NCBI GenBank assembly: GCA_049972095.1
Contig: JBMFKQ010000008.1
Location: 1 to 50,563 of the forward strand
Source of the DNA: Elusimicrobiales bacterium
Lineage (GTDB): Bacteria > Elusimicrobiota > Elusimicrobia > Elusimicrobiales > UBA9959
Direction of reading: 5' to 3'
Length of the DNA stretch: 50,563 nt
This document shows, in pieces, positions 27,253 through 36,629 of the stretch; position 1 is the stretch's first letter; every line of letters begins with the position of its first letter. Below the pieces are notes generated by a model, which saw nothing but the letters and a program-made list of their open reading frames with translations, did no database searches and had not been told where the DNA came from. Both the position numbers and the translations under genes were made by a program.

Positions 27253-29925
27253 ATGAACTCAAGAGAGATAAGAGATAGGTTTCTTGATTTTTTCAAGAAA
27301 AAAGATCACCCAATAATTCCTTCAAGTCCACTTGTGCCTTATGGGGATCCTACCCTTCTTTTCACAAGCGCAGGGATGGTTCAGTTTAAACCATATTATC
27401 TTGGCTTAAAAACAGATTTGAAAAGAGCAGCAAGCTGTCAGAAGTGTTTTAGAACAACTGATATAGATAATGTTGGCAGAACAATAAAACATCTTACATT
27501 TTTTGAGATGCTTGGAAACTTCTCTTTTGGTGATTACTTTAAAGAGGAATCACTGAGGTGGGGTTATGAGTTTTTGACATCAGAAATGGGACTTGATCCT
27601 GAAAGGCTCTATTTTTCATACTACAAAGGTGGGATTGCACCTAAGGATAATGAGACATATGATATATGGAAGAGGATTCTTTCCCATCATCTGCATTCCC
27701 ATATATTTGAACTTGGTGAGGATAATTTCTGGTCTATGGGAGATACAGGACCAAGTGGTCCATGCTCTGAGATATATTATGATCGTGGAGAGGTTTATCA
27801 TCCAAACTGTCCTGGTCCATGGTGTGGCTGTGATAGATACATTGAGATATGGAATCATGTGTTTACTCAGTTTGATAAACAGGTTGATGGTAGTTTTAAG
27901 CTGCTTCCTAAAAAGAATATTGATACAGGTATGGGCCTTGAAAGACTCTCATTTATAGTTGAAAAGAGATTTTCTCCATTTGAGACATCACTTTTTTTCC
28001 CTATTATTGAGAGATTTATATTAGAAAACAACATAACAGATTCTAACTTTAAAAGATTTTCACAAGTAATTATTGAAAATTATACATCGCCTGATCTTTA
28101 CAAAAAACTTTCATCAGCTGCTTTTGATGTTTTCATCCCTGCACTAAGAATAATATCCGATCATATAAAAGGTGCTGTATTTCTTATATCCGAAGGTGTT
28201 ATTCCATCAAATGAAGCAAGGGGTTATTTGCTTAGAAGGCTTATAAGAAGAGCTCTTAGGTATGCTATGATTATTGGTGTGAAAGAACCATGCCTTTTTA
28301 GATTAGCAGATACTGTCAAGGATATATATAGCGATGTTTATCCTACCATAGAACAGAATATCTCTGTGATAAAAGAGGTTATTGAAAATGAAGAGAAGGG
28401 TTTTATTGAGATGCTTGAGAAAGGCGAAAGATATATAAACGAGCTTCTTGAAAAAAGGCAGTTATCAGGCTCGCAAGCTTTTTGGATATATGAAACCTAT
28501 GGTTTTCCTTATGAGCTTATAAAAGAGATCGCTGTTAAAAAGGGAATAGTCATATCTGATAGTGAGTTTGAAGAAGCAAAAAAAAGAGCGAAAGACAGGT
28601 CAAGAAAATGGAGATTTATAGATTCCTCTTTAGGAATATTTGACAGTATTAACTCAAAAATGCCAAAAACATGTTTTACAGGTTATGACAGACTCAACGA
28701 AAGTTCACAACTCTGTGCAGTGATAGATAGAGATGGAAATGAGTTGATGGAGGCGCAAGGCAGTGAGTTTTTTCTTGTCTTTGATAAAACCCCATTTTAT
28801 GCTGAGTCTGGAGGTCAAGTTGCTGATAGTGGAGTTATAAAAAAGGAAGGAAAGATCGTTGGGGTTGTTGTTGATGTTCAAAAGCCTTTTGGTGATGTCT
28901 TTTATCATAAAACAGTTCTTAAAGAAAAGGTAAAAGTTGGTGAGATTTATGAACTTTGTGTTGATGTGATTAAGAGAAAGAAAATATCTGCCAATCATAC
29001 CGCAACACATCTCATCAATGCATCACTCAAAAAAGTTTTTGGTTTAGGCGTTGTTCAGGCTGGCTCTCTTGTTGATGATGAAAAGTTTAGATTTGACTAC
29101 ACCCTTTCAAGACAGCCTACTCTTGAGGAGATCAAAAAGGTTGAGAAGGTTGCAAATGAGGCAATAGCTGAGGGTTTTAAGGTTCATACTGATATAAGAC
29201 CTCTTGATGATGCCAAAAGATTAGATGCGGTTATACTTCCAGGTGAAAGATATTCAGACCCTGCGAGGTTTGTTCTTATAAATCGTAGTGGTTTTTCTGA
29301 TGTATCGTCAAGATTTAGTCTTGAGCTCTGCGGTGGCACACATGTTAAGAATCTTGAGGAGGTTTTTAGGATAAAGATAATAAAAGAGGGATCGTTGTCA
29401 AGAGGAATAAGAAGGATTGAGGGAGTTTCAGGTTATAGCCTTTTAGATTATCTTGAGTCAAAAGAAAAAAGACTTATTCAGATATCGCAAATTCTTGAGG
29501 TTGATGAGGGTGATATTGAGGCAAGGATATTAAAGATGAAAAATGATATAAAATCTCTTTCTGATAAGTTAAGAGATCTTTCATTAACTAATTCTATATC
29601 TGATGAGATTTTTAATGTTAAAAACCTTAAGTTTGTTTTTGTAAGACTTGCACAGGCAGATATCAAAACAATAAGATCTGCGGCTGATAAAAAGAAAAAA
29701 GAATTTTCTTCTGCTATTATATTTATATATGCCGTTAATGGTTCAAAGGTATCATTTGTTATAACAAAAACAGATGACGCAGGGGTTTCTGTTAAGGAGA
29801 TTTTTACAAGGCTTAAAGACAGCTATAATATCAGAGGTGGTGGTAGGGATGATTTTATTCAGGGTGGTGGTATTATAGAAGATATTAATGAGTTTAAAAA
29901 GAAGATTTGTCAAACAATAAACTGA
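27253..29925 (+). CDS. alaS: alanine--tRNA ligase
   Basis: TLLFTSAGM, HLTFFEMLGNFSFGDYFK, IDTGMGLER, TPFYAESGGQ, editing motifs HTATH and ELCGGTH, C-terminal GGGR. Confidence 0.97.
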   Translation: MNSREIRDRFLDFFKKKDHPIIPSSPLVPYGDPTLLFTSAGMVQFKPYYLGLKTDLKRAASCQKCFRTTDIDNVGRTIKHLTFFEMLGNFSFGDYFKEESLRWGYEFLTSEMGLDPERLYFSYYKGGIAPKDNETYDIWKRILSHHLHSHIFELGEDNFWSMGDTGPSGPCSEIYYDRGEVYHPNCPGPWCGCDRYIEIWNHVFTQFDKQVDGSFKLLPKKNIDTGMGLERLSFIVEKRFSPFETSLFFPIIERFILENNITDSNFKRFSQVIIENYTSPDLYKKLSSAAFDVFIPALRIISDHIKGAVFLISEGVIPSNEARGYLLRRLIRRALRYAMIIGVKEPCLFRLADTVKDIYSDVYPTIEQNISVIKEVIENEEKGFIEMLEKGERYINELLEKRQLSGSQAFWIYETYGFPYELIKEIAVKKGIVISDSEFEEAKKRAKDRSRKWRFIDSSLGIFDSINSKMPKTCFTGYDRLNESSQLCAVIDRDGNELMEAQGSEFFLVFDKTPFYAESGGQVADSGVIKKEGKIVGVVVDVQKPFGDVFYHKTVLKEKVKVGEIYELCVDVIKRKKISANHTATHLINASLKKVFGLGVVQAGSLVDDEKFRFDYTLSRQPTLEEIKKVEKVANEAIAEGFKVHTDIRPLDDAKRLDAVILPGERYSDPARFVLINRSGFSDVSSRFSLELCGGTHVKNLEEVFRIKIIKEGSLSRGIRRIEGVSGYSLLDYLESKEKRLIQISQILEVDEGDIEARILKMKNDIKSLSDKLRDLSLTNSISDEIFNVKNLKFVFVRLAQADIKTIRSAADKKKKEFSSAIIFIYAVNGSKVSFVITKTDDAGVSVKEIFTRLKDSYNIRGGGRDDFIQGGGIIEDINEFKKKICQTIN

Positions 29926-30158
29926 TGCTTGAGAAAAAACTTGAACAACTTGAAAAAGAGATTATCAACCTGCTTGAAAGGATTAAAATGCTTTATGCAC
30001 AAAATATGAAGTTGGCTCAGGAACTTAGGCTTTTCAAGGAAAGGGAGAGATATTTGCTTTCAGAGATAGAAAGGCTTAAGAAAAGCAAGTTTGAGGATAA
30101 GATAAAAAATAAGCTTGAAGATATAAGTCGTATGATAGAAAGAGAGATTCACAGATGA
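29925..30158 (+). CDS. ZapB-like coiled-coil protein
   Basis: TGATG overlap with alaS; LEQLEKEIINLLERIKML...NMKL heptads; precedes a zapA-like gene. Confidence 0.55.
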   Translation: MLEKKLEQLEKEIINLLERIKMLYAQNMKLAQELRLFKERERYLLSEIERLKKSKFEDKIKNKLEDISRMIEREIHR

Positions 30159-30445
30159 AGGTATCTTTGAGGATAAAAAACAGAAATGTAGCTGTGAGTA
30201 TAGAGGATCAGATTACTGATATTGAAATATCCCATATTGAAGGTGTTATATCCCATGATATAGAAAAGCTTGAGAAAAAAATACCAGATACAATAACAGT
30301 GCTTACAACACTTATTGGGGATTATGCTGTAAGGCTTTATGTTAAAGATAGACAGCTTAAACAGCTAAGAGAAACTGTTGATAAGAAGATAGACGAACTC
30401 ATAGAAAAAGCAAAGGATATAGACAGATCATCTTCATATCTGTAA
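30155..30445 (+). CDS. ZapA-like cell division protein
   Basis: Beta-beta start VSLRIKNRNVAV, two helices and a C-terminal coiled coil; size and context fit ZapA. Confidence 0.55.
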   Translation: MKVSLRIKNRNVAVSIEDQITDIEISHIEGVISHDIEKLEKKIPDTITVLTTLIGDYAVRLYVKDRQLKQLRETVDKKIDELIEKAKDIDRSSSYL

Positions 30446-30446
30446 T

Positions 30447-31706
30447 ATGGAATCCCTTCTTCATAGGATGATGCCTTTAAGCCTTGATGAATTTATTGGT
30501 CAGAGACATCTTGTTGGTGAAGGATGTTTTCTTAGAAAGATGATTGATAGTCAAAACATAAGATCCTGTCTTTTCTATGGGCCAAGTGGAAGTGGCAAGA
30601 CTGCTCTTTCACACATAATATCAAAAAGAATAAACGCCGAGGTTTTTTCTTTCAATGCTGCATTGTCATCCATCACTGATATAAAAAAAATAATGGATAA
30701 AACCCAATCTTTGTTTTCAGATAAAAAGTTAGTTGTAATAATAGATGAGATACATCACTTCAACACAAATCAACAAGATGTTTTTCTTCCCTTTATTGAG
30801 GATAAAGACATAACAGTCATAGGTATAACCACGCGTAATCCATTCTTCTACATAAATAGAGCATTAATGTCAAGATTTATTATCTGTGAGTTCAAACCTC
30901 TTAATGATGATGAGATGGACATTCTTATTGACAGAGTAATTAGTAAGGGTTTTGAAGGAAGGATTAAAATAACGGAAAGCGCAAGAAGATTTTTTATAAA
31001 GTTTGCCGGTGGTGATGCAAGAAAGCTGATAAACTTTATTGATGCAGCCTCCATTGTTGCAAAGAATGAAGTTATAGATGATACTGTAATAAAGGAGCTT
31101 TCACTTAACAGATATCTTGAGTATGATAAAAGGCAGGATTATCACTATGATATTGTATCAGCCTTTATAAAATCAATGAGAGGAAGCGATCCTGATGCTA
31201 CAGTCTATTGGCTTGCAAGGATGATTGAAGCTGGTGAAGATCCTCTTTTTATAGCAAGAAGAATTGTCATTGCTGCGTCCGAGGATGTTGGGCTTGCAAA
31301 TCCTATGGCACTGGTTATTGCACAGATGGCCTATGAGTCGGTTGAAAGAGTTGGAATGCCTGAGGGGAGAATAATACTTGCTCACGCTGCACTTTATGTC
31401 ACCCTTTCTCCTAAATCAAACTCAGCTTATTTGGCGATTGAAAAGGCGATTGATGAGGTAAGGAATGGTCCAAAAAGAGATGTTCCGCCTCATCTTAGAG
31501 ATCCTCATCTTGATGGTAAATTTTTTGGAGATGGCAAGGGATATAAATATCCTCATGATTATCCTGGCCATTATGTCAAGCAACAGTATATGCCAAATCC
31601 CGTAAGGTTTTATGAGCCTACCGATCAAGGAAATGAGGCAAGGATAAAGCAGTTTTTGAAAGAGCTTATAGACAAATGTAAAAAATATCATGAAGAAGAG
31701 ACTTGA
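30447..31706 (+). CDS. rarA: replication-associated recombination protein A (AAA+)
   Basis: GPSGSGKT, IDEIHHF, SAFIKSMRGSDPDA, ASEDVGLA, VPPHLRD, YKYPHDY. Confidence 0.95.
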   Translation: MESLLHRMMPLSLDEFIGQRHLVGEGCFLRKMIDSQNIRSCLFYGPSGSGKTALSHIISKRINAEVFSFNAALSSITDIKKIMDKTQSLFSDKKLVVIIDEIHHFNTNQQDVFLPFIEDKDITVIGITTRNPFFYINRALMSRFIICEFKPLNDDEMDILIDRVISKGFEGRIKITESARRFFIKFAGGDARKLINFIDAASIVAKNEVIDDTVIKELSLNRYLEYDKRQDYHYDIVSAFIKSMRGSDPDATVYWLARMIEAGEDPLFIARRIVIAASEDVGLANPMALVIAQMAYESVERVGMPEGRIILAHAALYVTLSPKSNSAYLAIEKAIDEVRNGPKRDVPPHLRDPHLDGKFFGDGKGYKYPHDYPGHYVKQQYMPNPVRFYEPTDQGNEARIKQFLKELIDKCKKYHEEET

Positions 31707-32433
31707 TCTAAGATGTGTTGATATTGGAATTTTTGAGTCAAGGGAAAAGGCAAGGCGAGCAATTATGGCTGGTGAGGTTGAGGTTAATGGCCGGGTTGTT
31801 ATGGATTGTTCTTTTCTGACAAAAGACAAAGACTTTATCTCTGTTAAAAAGGGATTGTGCCCATATGTTTCAAGAGGGGGTCTTAAGCTTAAAGCAGCAA
31901 TTGATGCTTTTAATATAGATCTAAGAAATAAAGTTTGTCTTGATGTAGGGGTTGCAACAGGTGGTTTTTCACATTGTATGCTTGAGCTTGGTGCTCGAAA
32001 GGTTTATGGTGTTGATGTTGGAAAAGGACAGGTCCATGAAAAGGTTTTGAATGATAAAAGATTTGTTTTTATTCCAAATACAAATGCAAGATATCTTACA
32101 GCTAATCTATTTGATGAGGCTATTGAGTTTGCAGCAGTTGATGTAAGCTTTATATCTTTGAGACTTGTTATACCACCAGTTTTAAACTCGATTAAGAGAT
32201 ATGCCGAAGTTGTTCTTTTAGTAAAACCGCAGTTTGAACTTTCAAAATGGGATCTTGTAAAGGGGATAGTTAAAACTGAAGAGCTTAGAGTAAGAGCACT
32301 TATGAATATAAAGGATTTTATAAGGGAAGGTGGTTTTGCTGAGATTGTTGGTGAGATGGAGTCACCTATAAAGGGTATAAGCGGAAACAGAGAGTTTCTT
32401 CTTTATATTAGAAATCTGAAAGGATATTTATGA
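31690..32433 (+). CDS. tlyA: TlyA-family rRNA methyltransferase
   Basis: S4 domain, YVSRGGLKL, DVGVATGGF, DVSFISL, LVKPQFE, GNREF. Confidence 0.93.
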   Translation: MKKRLDLRCVDIGIFESREKARRAIMAGEVEVNGRVVMDCSFLTKDKDFISVKKGLCPYVSRGGLKLKAAIDAFNIDLRNKVCLDVGVATGGFSHCMLELGARKVYGVDVGKGQVHEKVLNDKRFVFIPNTNARYLTANLFDEAIEFAAVDVSFISLRLVIPPVLNSIKRYAEVVLLVKPQFELSKWDLVKGIVKTEELRVRALMNIKDFIREGGFAEIVGEMESPIKGISGNREFLLYIRNLKGYL

Positions 32434-33566
32434 GGAAATACGAGCTTCTTTCATGTGTGTGGGAGATTACGCTTGCATGCAATCTTAAATGTCTTCACTG
32501 CGGTTCTTCTGCCGGGAAAAAGAGGGATGATGAGCTTGATCTTGATAAGTCTTTGAAATTATGTGTGGATCTTAAAAAAACGGGATGTAAAGCTGTAGCA
32601 CTAATGGGTGGCGAGCCACTTTTAAACCCTCACTTTAAGGATATTGCCATAAAGATAAGAGAGCTTGGTATGGAGCTTTGTGTTATTACAAATGGAACGC
32701 TTTATAATGATGAGATTATTGAGTTTCTTGCAAAACTTAAACCAAGGGCTGTTGCAACAAGCATTGATGGATCAACTGCTTCAACACACGATAAAATAAG
32801 AGGAGTTAATGGTGCTTTTAAAAAGACGATGAATTTTATGGAAAAATGCCTTGAGAAAGATATACCTTTGAGCGTTATCACATCAGTTTCAAAGCTTAAT
32901 ATCTCTGAGCTTTCCGGTATAGCCCAGATGATAAAGGGTAAAAAAATAGCATGGCAGATTCAGATGGTTGGTGCTGAGGGGATAAGATTTGATAAGAGAT
33001 ATCTTCTTGATGAGGATGAGTTTTATTCTGTTGGTGTTTTTATTGAGGCTTTGAGGCGAAGGTACAGTATTTATGAGCTTGCTGTTATAGGAGCTCATGA
33101 TATGGGTTATAACTCCTGCTTCATAAAGAATATATGGCTTTATGATAAATGGCAGGGTTGTCAGGCAGGAATTAGTGTTGTTGGTATAAGAAGCAATGGT
33201 GATGTAGTTGGATGTCTTTCGATTAACAATGATAGGTTTGTTGAAGGAAATATAAACGAAAGAAGTATCTATGATATATGGAATGACTCAAATTCATTTT
33301 CATATAACCGTAAGTTTAAAAAGGAAGATGCTGGGCCTTTGTGTGCTGATTGTTGCTATATAGCTGAATGTGGTGGTGGGTGCAGTGAGGTGTCGTTGAT
33401 GAAGACAGGAATGATTCATAATGATCCTTACTGCTTCTATCGCTATGAAAAAAAACATCTTAGCTGGTTTAAAAGATTTTTGCTTTCTCTCTATTCCAGA
33501 TTTTGGATTAAAAAGGATACTCATCTGCTTAACAGATTCTTTGGAGGCGAGAGAAATGAAGCTTAA
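32430..33566 (+). CDS. radical SAM/SPASM domain protein
   Basis: VWEITLACNLKCLHC (CxxxCxxC), MGGEP, ITNG, SIDG; SPASM cysteines CQAG...DVVGC...CADC...CGGGC...PYC. Confidence 0.92.
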   Translation: MRKYELLSCVWEITLACNLKCLHCGSSAGKKRDDELDLDKSLKLCVDLKKTGCKAVALMGGEPLLNPHFKDIAIKIRELGMELCVITNGTLYNDEIIEFLAKLKPRAVATSIDGSTASTHDKIRGVNGAFKKTMNFMEKCLEKDIPLSVITSVSKLNISELSGIAQMIKGKKIAWQIQMVGAEGIRFDKRYLLDEDEFYSVGVFIEALRRRYSIYELAVIGAHDMGYNSCFIKNIWLYDKWQGCQAGISVVGIRSNGDVVGCLSINNDRFVEGNINERSIYDIWNDSNSFSYNRKFKKEDAGPLCADCCYIAECGGGCSEVSLMKTGMIHNDPYCFYRYEKKHLSWFKRFLLSLYSRFWIKKDTHLLNRFFGGERNEA

Positions 33567-34479
33567 TGCCGGCTGCGGTAGAGAAAAACTTAAAGGCTAC
33601 ATAAATATAGACATAAATCCCGCCTTTAAGCCAGACTATATTATGGCTGTTTGGGATCTTGATTTTGATGATATGGTTTTTGATGAGATTTTAGCAAAGC
33701 AGGTTATTGAGCATTTAGGTTATTTTAAAACCATCTATTTTCTTTCTGAGGCTTTAAGAACACTTAAATACGAGAAAATACTTATAATAGAAACTGTTGA
33801 TGTCGAGGAATCTTTTAAACTATTTCTTGAAAATAAAGACAAAGATGTAAAGGAAAGGATTTGTGGCTGGATATTTGGAAGTGAAACTGAATATATGAAC
33901 CATATCTATTGCTTTCCTGAAGAGCTTCTTGAAAGGCTCTTTGAAAGAATAGGTTTTGAAATTGTAAAAAAAGAGAAGTTTCTATTTGAATATATGCGAC
34001 CTGCTTTAAGGTATATTTGTATTAAAAGAAAAAAAGACCTTAAAGAGGTGTTTTTGAGAAAGAGCCTTGTGAAAAATGGGATCTTTAACTTTAAGGATGA
34101 AATTGTCTTTTCTGAAACAGAAAGAATTATTGAACAGCTAAGATGGGAAAATGTGGATAAGAGATATCTTTATGATCTTTCATTTGTTTCTCCTATTTTT
34201 TCATATGCAGTTTGCAGCTATGTTAAAGGGGAAGAACCATCATTTTATCTTGAACTTTTTAAGAAAAATTTTACAGGATATATATGGGAAAGATTTGCAA
34301 GATACATTAAACTTTATCGTTCTTTTAAAGTTGCTTACGATAGAATTAAGGAAGAGTATTTTGACAATCCTTATCAATTTATATATAATTTTATGGAAGA
34401 GAGTAGGGTCATAAAGGCTAAGAAGTTTCTTATAACTGAAACTTTGCTCAGATACGACTTCGCAGATATGGAGGTGTAA
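33556..34479 (+). CDS. class I SAM-dependent methyltransferase with C-terminal extension
   Basis: SD ggagg before ATG 33556; KLNAGCG, YINID, DEILAKQVIEHL. The track start at 33421 looks over-extended. Confidence 0.8.
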   Translation: MKLNAGCGREKLKGYINIDINPAFKPDYIMAVWDLDFDDMVFDEILAKQVIEHLGYFKTIYFLSEALRTLKYEKILIIETVDVEESFKLFLENKDKDVKERICGWIFGSETEYMNHIYCFPEELLERLFERIGFEIVKKEKFLFEYMRPALRYICIKRKKDLKEVFLRKSLVKNGIFNFKDEIVFSETERIIEQLRWENVDKRYLYDLSFVSPIFSYAVCSYVKGEEPSFYLELFKKNFTGYIWERFARYIKLYRSFKVAYDRIKEEYFDNPYQFIYNFMEESRVIKAKKFLITETLLRYDFADMEV

Positions 34480-34481
34480 GG

Positions 34482-34793
34482 ATGTCGCTGAAAGATATTG
34501 TTTTAAAAACAGGCCTTAAGAAGGATGATGTAAAATATATCAAATTTTCTTTCGCAGGTATTGTTGCAATTCTGTCCTCATTTCTTAGTTCATGCTCTAA
34601 GAATGGTGTTAAAGAGCTTGATAATACAGCACCAAGTGTTTCATCAACACAAACATATGTTATTGAGAAGTCAAGCAATGTTAGAGATATAATAGATACT
34701 CCTGAGGATTTTAAAAATAAAAACTGCGGACCTACGCCGGGATATCCTTGCGGAACAAAATACTACACAGTTAGCATAAAGGATTTTGTATAA
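34482..34793 (+). CDS. small putative lipoprotein with C-terminal CGPTPGYPCGT motif
   Basis: SD ggagg; h-region FSFAGIVAILSSF with lipobox LSS-C; polar linker; Cys-X7-Cys tail. Confidence 0.7.
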   Translation: MSLKDIVLKTGLKKDDVKYIKFSFAGIVAILSSFLSSCSKNGVKELDNTAPSVSSTQTYVIEKSSNVRDIIDTPEDFKNKNCGPTPGYPCGTKYYTVSIKDFV

Positions 34794-34813
34794 TTAGCAG
34801 ACATATAAGCATA

Positions 34814-34842
34814 TTGACAATTTTAAGAGTATATGCTATAAT
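34814..34842 (+). promoter_or_regulatory. consensus sigma70 promoter of the hrcA operon
   Basis: TTGACA (34814-34819), 17 nt, TATAAT (34837-34842) with extended TG. Confidence 0.9.
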
Positions 34843-34846
34843 ATTA

Positions 34847-34873
34847 TTAGCAGTTAATCATTGTGGTTGCTAA
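34847..34873. promoter_or_regulatory. CIRCE operator (HrcA site)
   Basis: TTAGCAGTT-N9-GGTTGCTAA versus consensus TTAGCACTC-N9-GAGTGCTAA, directly upstream of hrcA. Confidence 0.85.
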
Positions 34874-34887
34874 AAAAGTGTGGTGTT

Positions 34888-35991
34888 ATGAGGGTTATTA
34901 AACCTGAGGTTGCAAGTCGAAGGAAGGAGATAATACTTAACTGGCTTACCCATAGATACATAGTTTCAGGAAAGCCTGTAAGTTCTCAAGAGATATTTGA
35001 TGCCGGAATTATAGATATTTCACCTGCCACAATAAGAAACATTCTTAAAGAGCTGGATGATGAGGGTTATCTTGAGCAGGTTCATACATCTGGTGGGAGG
35101 ATACCAACTGATAAGGCATACAGATTTTACATAGAGAGTATACTTAAGACTCAGGCGATTGCTGAGGCGGAAAAAGAAAGGATTGAGATAGAGTATGAAA
35201 AGAAAATGGCTGAACTTGATTATTTTTTAAAAAACACTACAAAGCTTCTTTCTGATCTTACGAAAAAGGTTGGTTTTTCAATGGTTTCTGATATAAAATC
35301 TGAAGAGATAAAAAGAATTGATATAATTGGGGTTTCCTTATCCAGCTATATACTTATTCTTGTTACATCAACAGGGATAGTAAAACATTATCCATTAATC
35401 CTTTCTTCAAGGGCCGAGAAACTAAAAGTTAGCTCAATTGTCCGGCTGCTTAATAAAAGGCTTAAAGGTCTAACAATTGCTGAAGCAGCTGAGATTATTA
35501 AAAAGGATTATCTTTTAAGGGATGATAGTGGTATTTTTAATGCTATTTATGAGATATTTGGTGCCATCATAAATGAGGATGATGAGATTTTTATAGAGGG
35601 AATTTCAAGGATATATGAGGATGACAAGGGTGTATCTATTGAGGATATAAGAAATGTATCAAGACTTCTTGAGGAAAAAGAAAGATTTTCAAGAATTATA
35701 AAAGAAAGGTTTTGCGATGCTCTCAATAGAGTCAAGATAATTGAATCAGATAAAGGTATTAAACCAGCAAAAAAACATCTTATAGATGTTAGCATTGGAG
35801 GTGAGAGTAATATTAAAGATCTTGGGAATTTTAGTATAGTTAGCTCATTCTACTCCATAGGTGATAAAAATTGCGGAATTCTTGGGATAATAGGACATAG
35901 AAGAATGGAGTATCCTAAAATTATATCTATAATAGACACTGTAAGCTCCATAATTGAAGAGGTAATTGAGGAATGGCAAAGGGAGATGTAA
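34888..35991 (+). CDS. hrcA: heat-inducible transcription repressor HrcA
   Basis: PVSS, SPATIRN, HTSGGRIPTDKAYRFY, GIIG..RMEY; ATG 34888 lies downstream of CIRCE. Confidence 0.94.
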   Translation: MRVIKPEVASRRKEIILNWLTHRYIVSGKPVSSQEIFDAGIIDISPATIRNILKELDDEGYLEQVHTSGGRIPTDKAYRFYIESILKTQAIAEAEKERIEIEYEKKMAELDYFLKNTTKLLSDLTKKVGFSMVSDIKSEEIKRIDIIGVSLSSYILILVTSTGIVKHYPLILSSRAEKLKVSSIVRLLNKRLKGLTIAEAAEIIKKDYLLRDDSGIFNAIYEIFGAIINEDDEIFIEGISRIYEDDKGVSIEDIRNVSRLLEEKERFSRIIKERFCDALNRVKIIESDKGIKPAKKHLIDVSIGGESNIKDLGNFSIVSSFYSIGDKNCGILGIIGHRRMEYPKIISIIDTVSSIIEEVIEEWQREM

Positions 35992-35993
35992 CT

Positions 35994-36620
35994 GTGAATT
36001 CAGAGAAGGATAAAGAAGATCAGCCTAAAATTTCTAAGCTTAGCAAAGATATCAAACAGGCGAAGCAAGAGTTCAATAAATCTGAGCGTGAGAAAACTGA
36101 TCTTGAGAAGGAGATTGAAGAGCTTAAGAAAAAGAATGAAGAATACTTTGACCAGCTCCTTAGACTCAAGGCTGAGTTTGAAAATTACAGAAAGAGGGTA
36201 GAGAGGGAGAAATCTGAGCTTACTGAATGGGTTAAGTATGATATAATGCTTTCACTTCTTTCTCTTTATGATATGTTTAGGATGGCAAAGAATCATATAT
36301 CAGAAAGTCCATCAGATATTGAAAATTTAAAGGTTGGTTTAAATATGATATTCAGCGAGTTTGATAAGCTTTTTAAGAGTATGGGGCTTTTGGAGATAGA
36401 TATTCTCAACAAAGAGTATGACCCAATGACCTGCGAGATTATTGAAACGGTTGAAGGTGATGATGAAAGCGATGGTAAGGTTGTTGAGGTTATACAGCCA
36501 GGGTATAAGATTAACAATCATCTGCTTAGACCTGCAAAGGTTAAGGTGGCAAGAAAACATCAGGATTTGCCTAATAGCTCTACTCAGGAAGGTAGCAATA
36601 AAAAAGAAACCAAAACTTAA
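35994..36620 (+). CDS. grpE: nucleotide exchange factor GrpE
   Basis: LLRLKAEFENYRKR, YDP, QPGY...LLRPAKVKV. GTG 35994 with SD gggag (alternative ATG 35973). Confidence 0.94.
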   Translation: MNSEKDKEDQPKISKLSKDIKQAKQEFNKSEREKTDLEKEIEELKKKNEEYFDQLLRLKAEFENYRKRVEREKSELTEWVKYDIMLSLLSLYDMFRMAKNHISESPSDIENLKVGLNMIFSEFDKLFKSMGLLEIDILNKEYDPMTCEIIETVEGDDESDGKVVEVIQPGYKINNHLLRPAKVKVARKHQDLPNSSTQEGSNKKETKT

Positions 36621-36629
36621 GGAGGTAGT

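Noticed and set aside
30445..30447. 6S RNA expected downstream of zapA
   Set aside because: Only 1 nt separates the zapA-like gene from rarA. The rod at 27074-27187 is much shorter than typical 6S RNAs, so it is not called 6S either.
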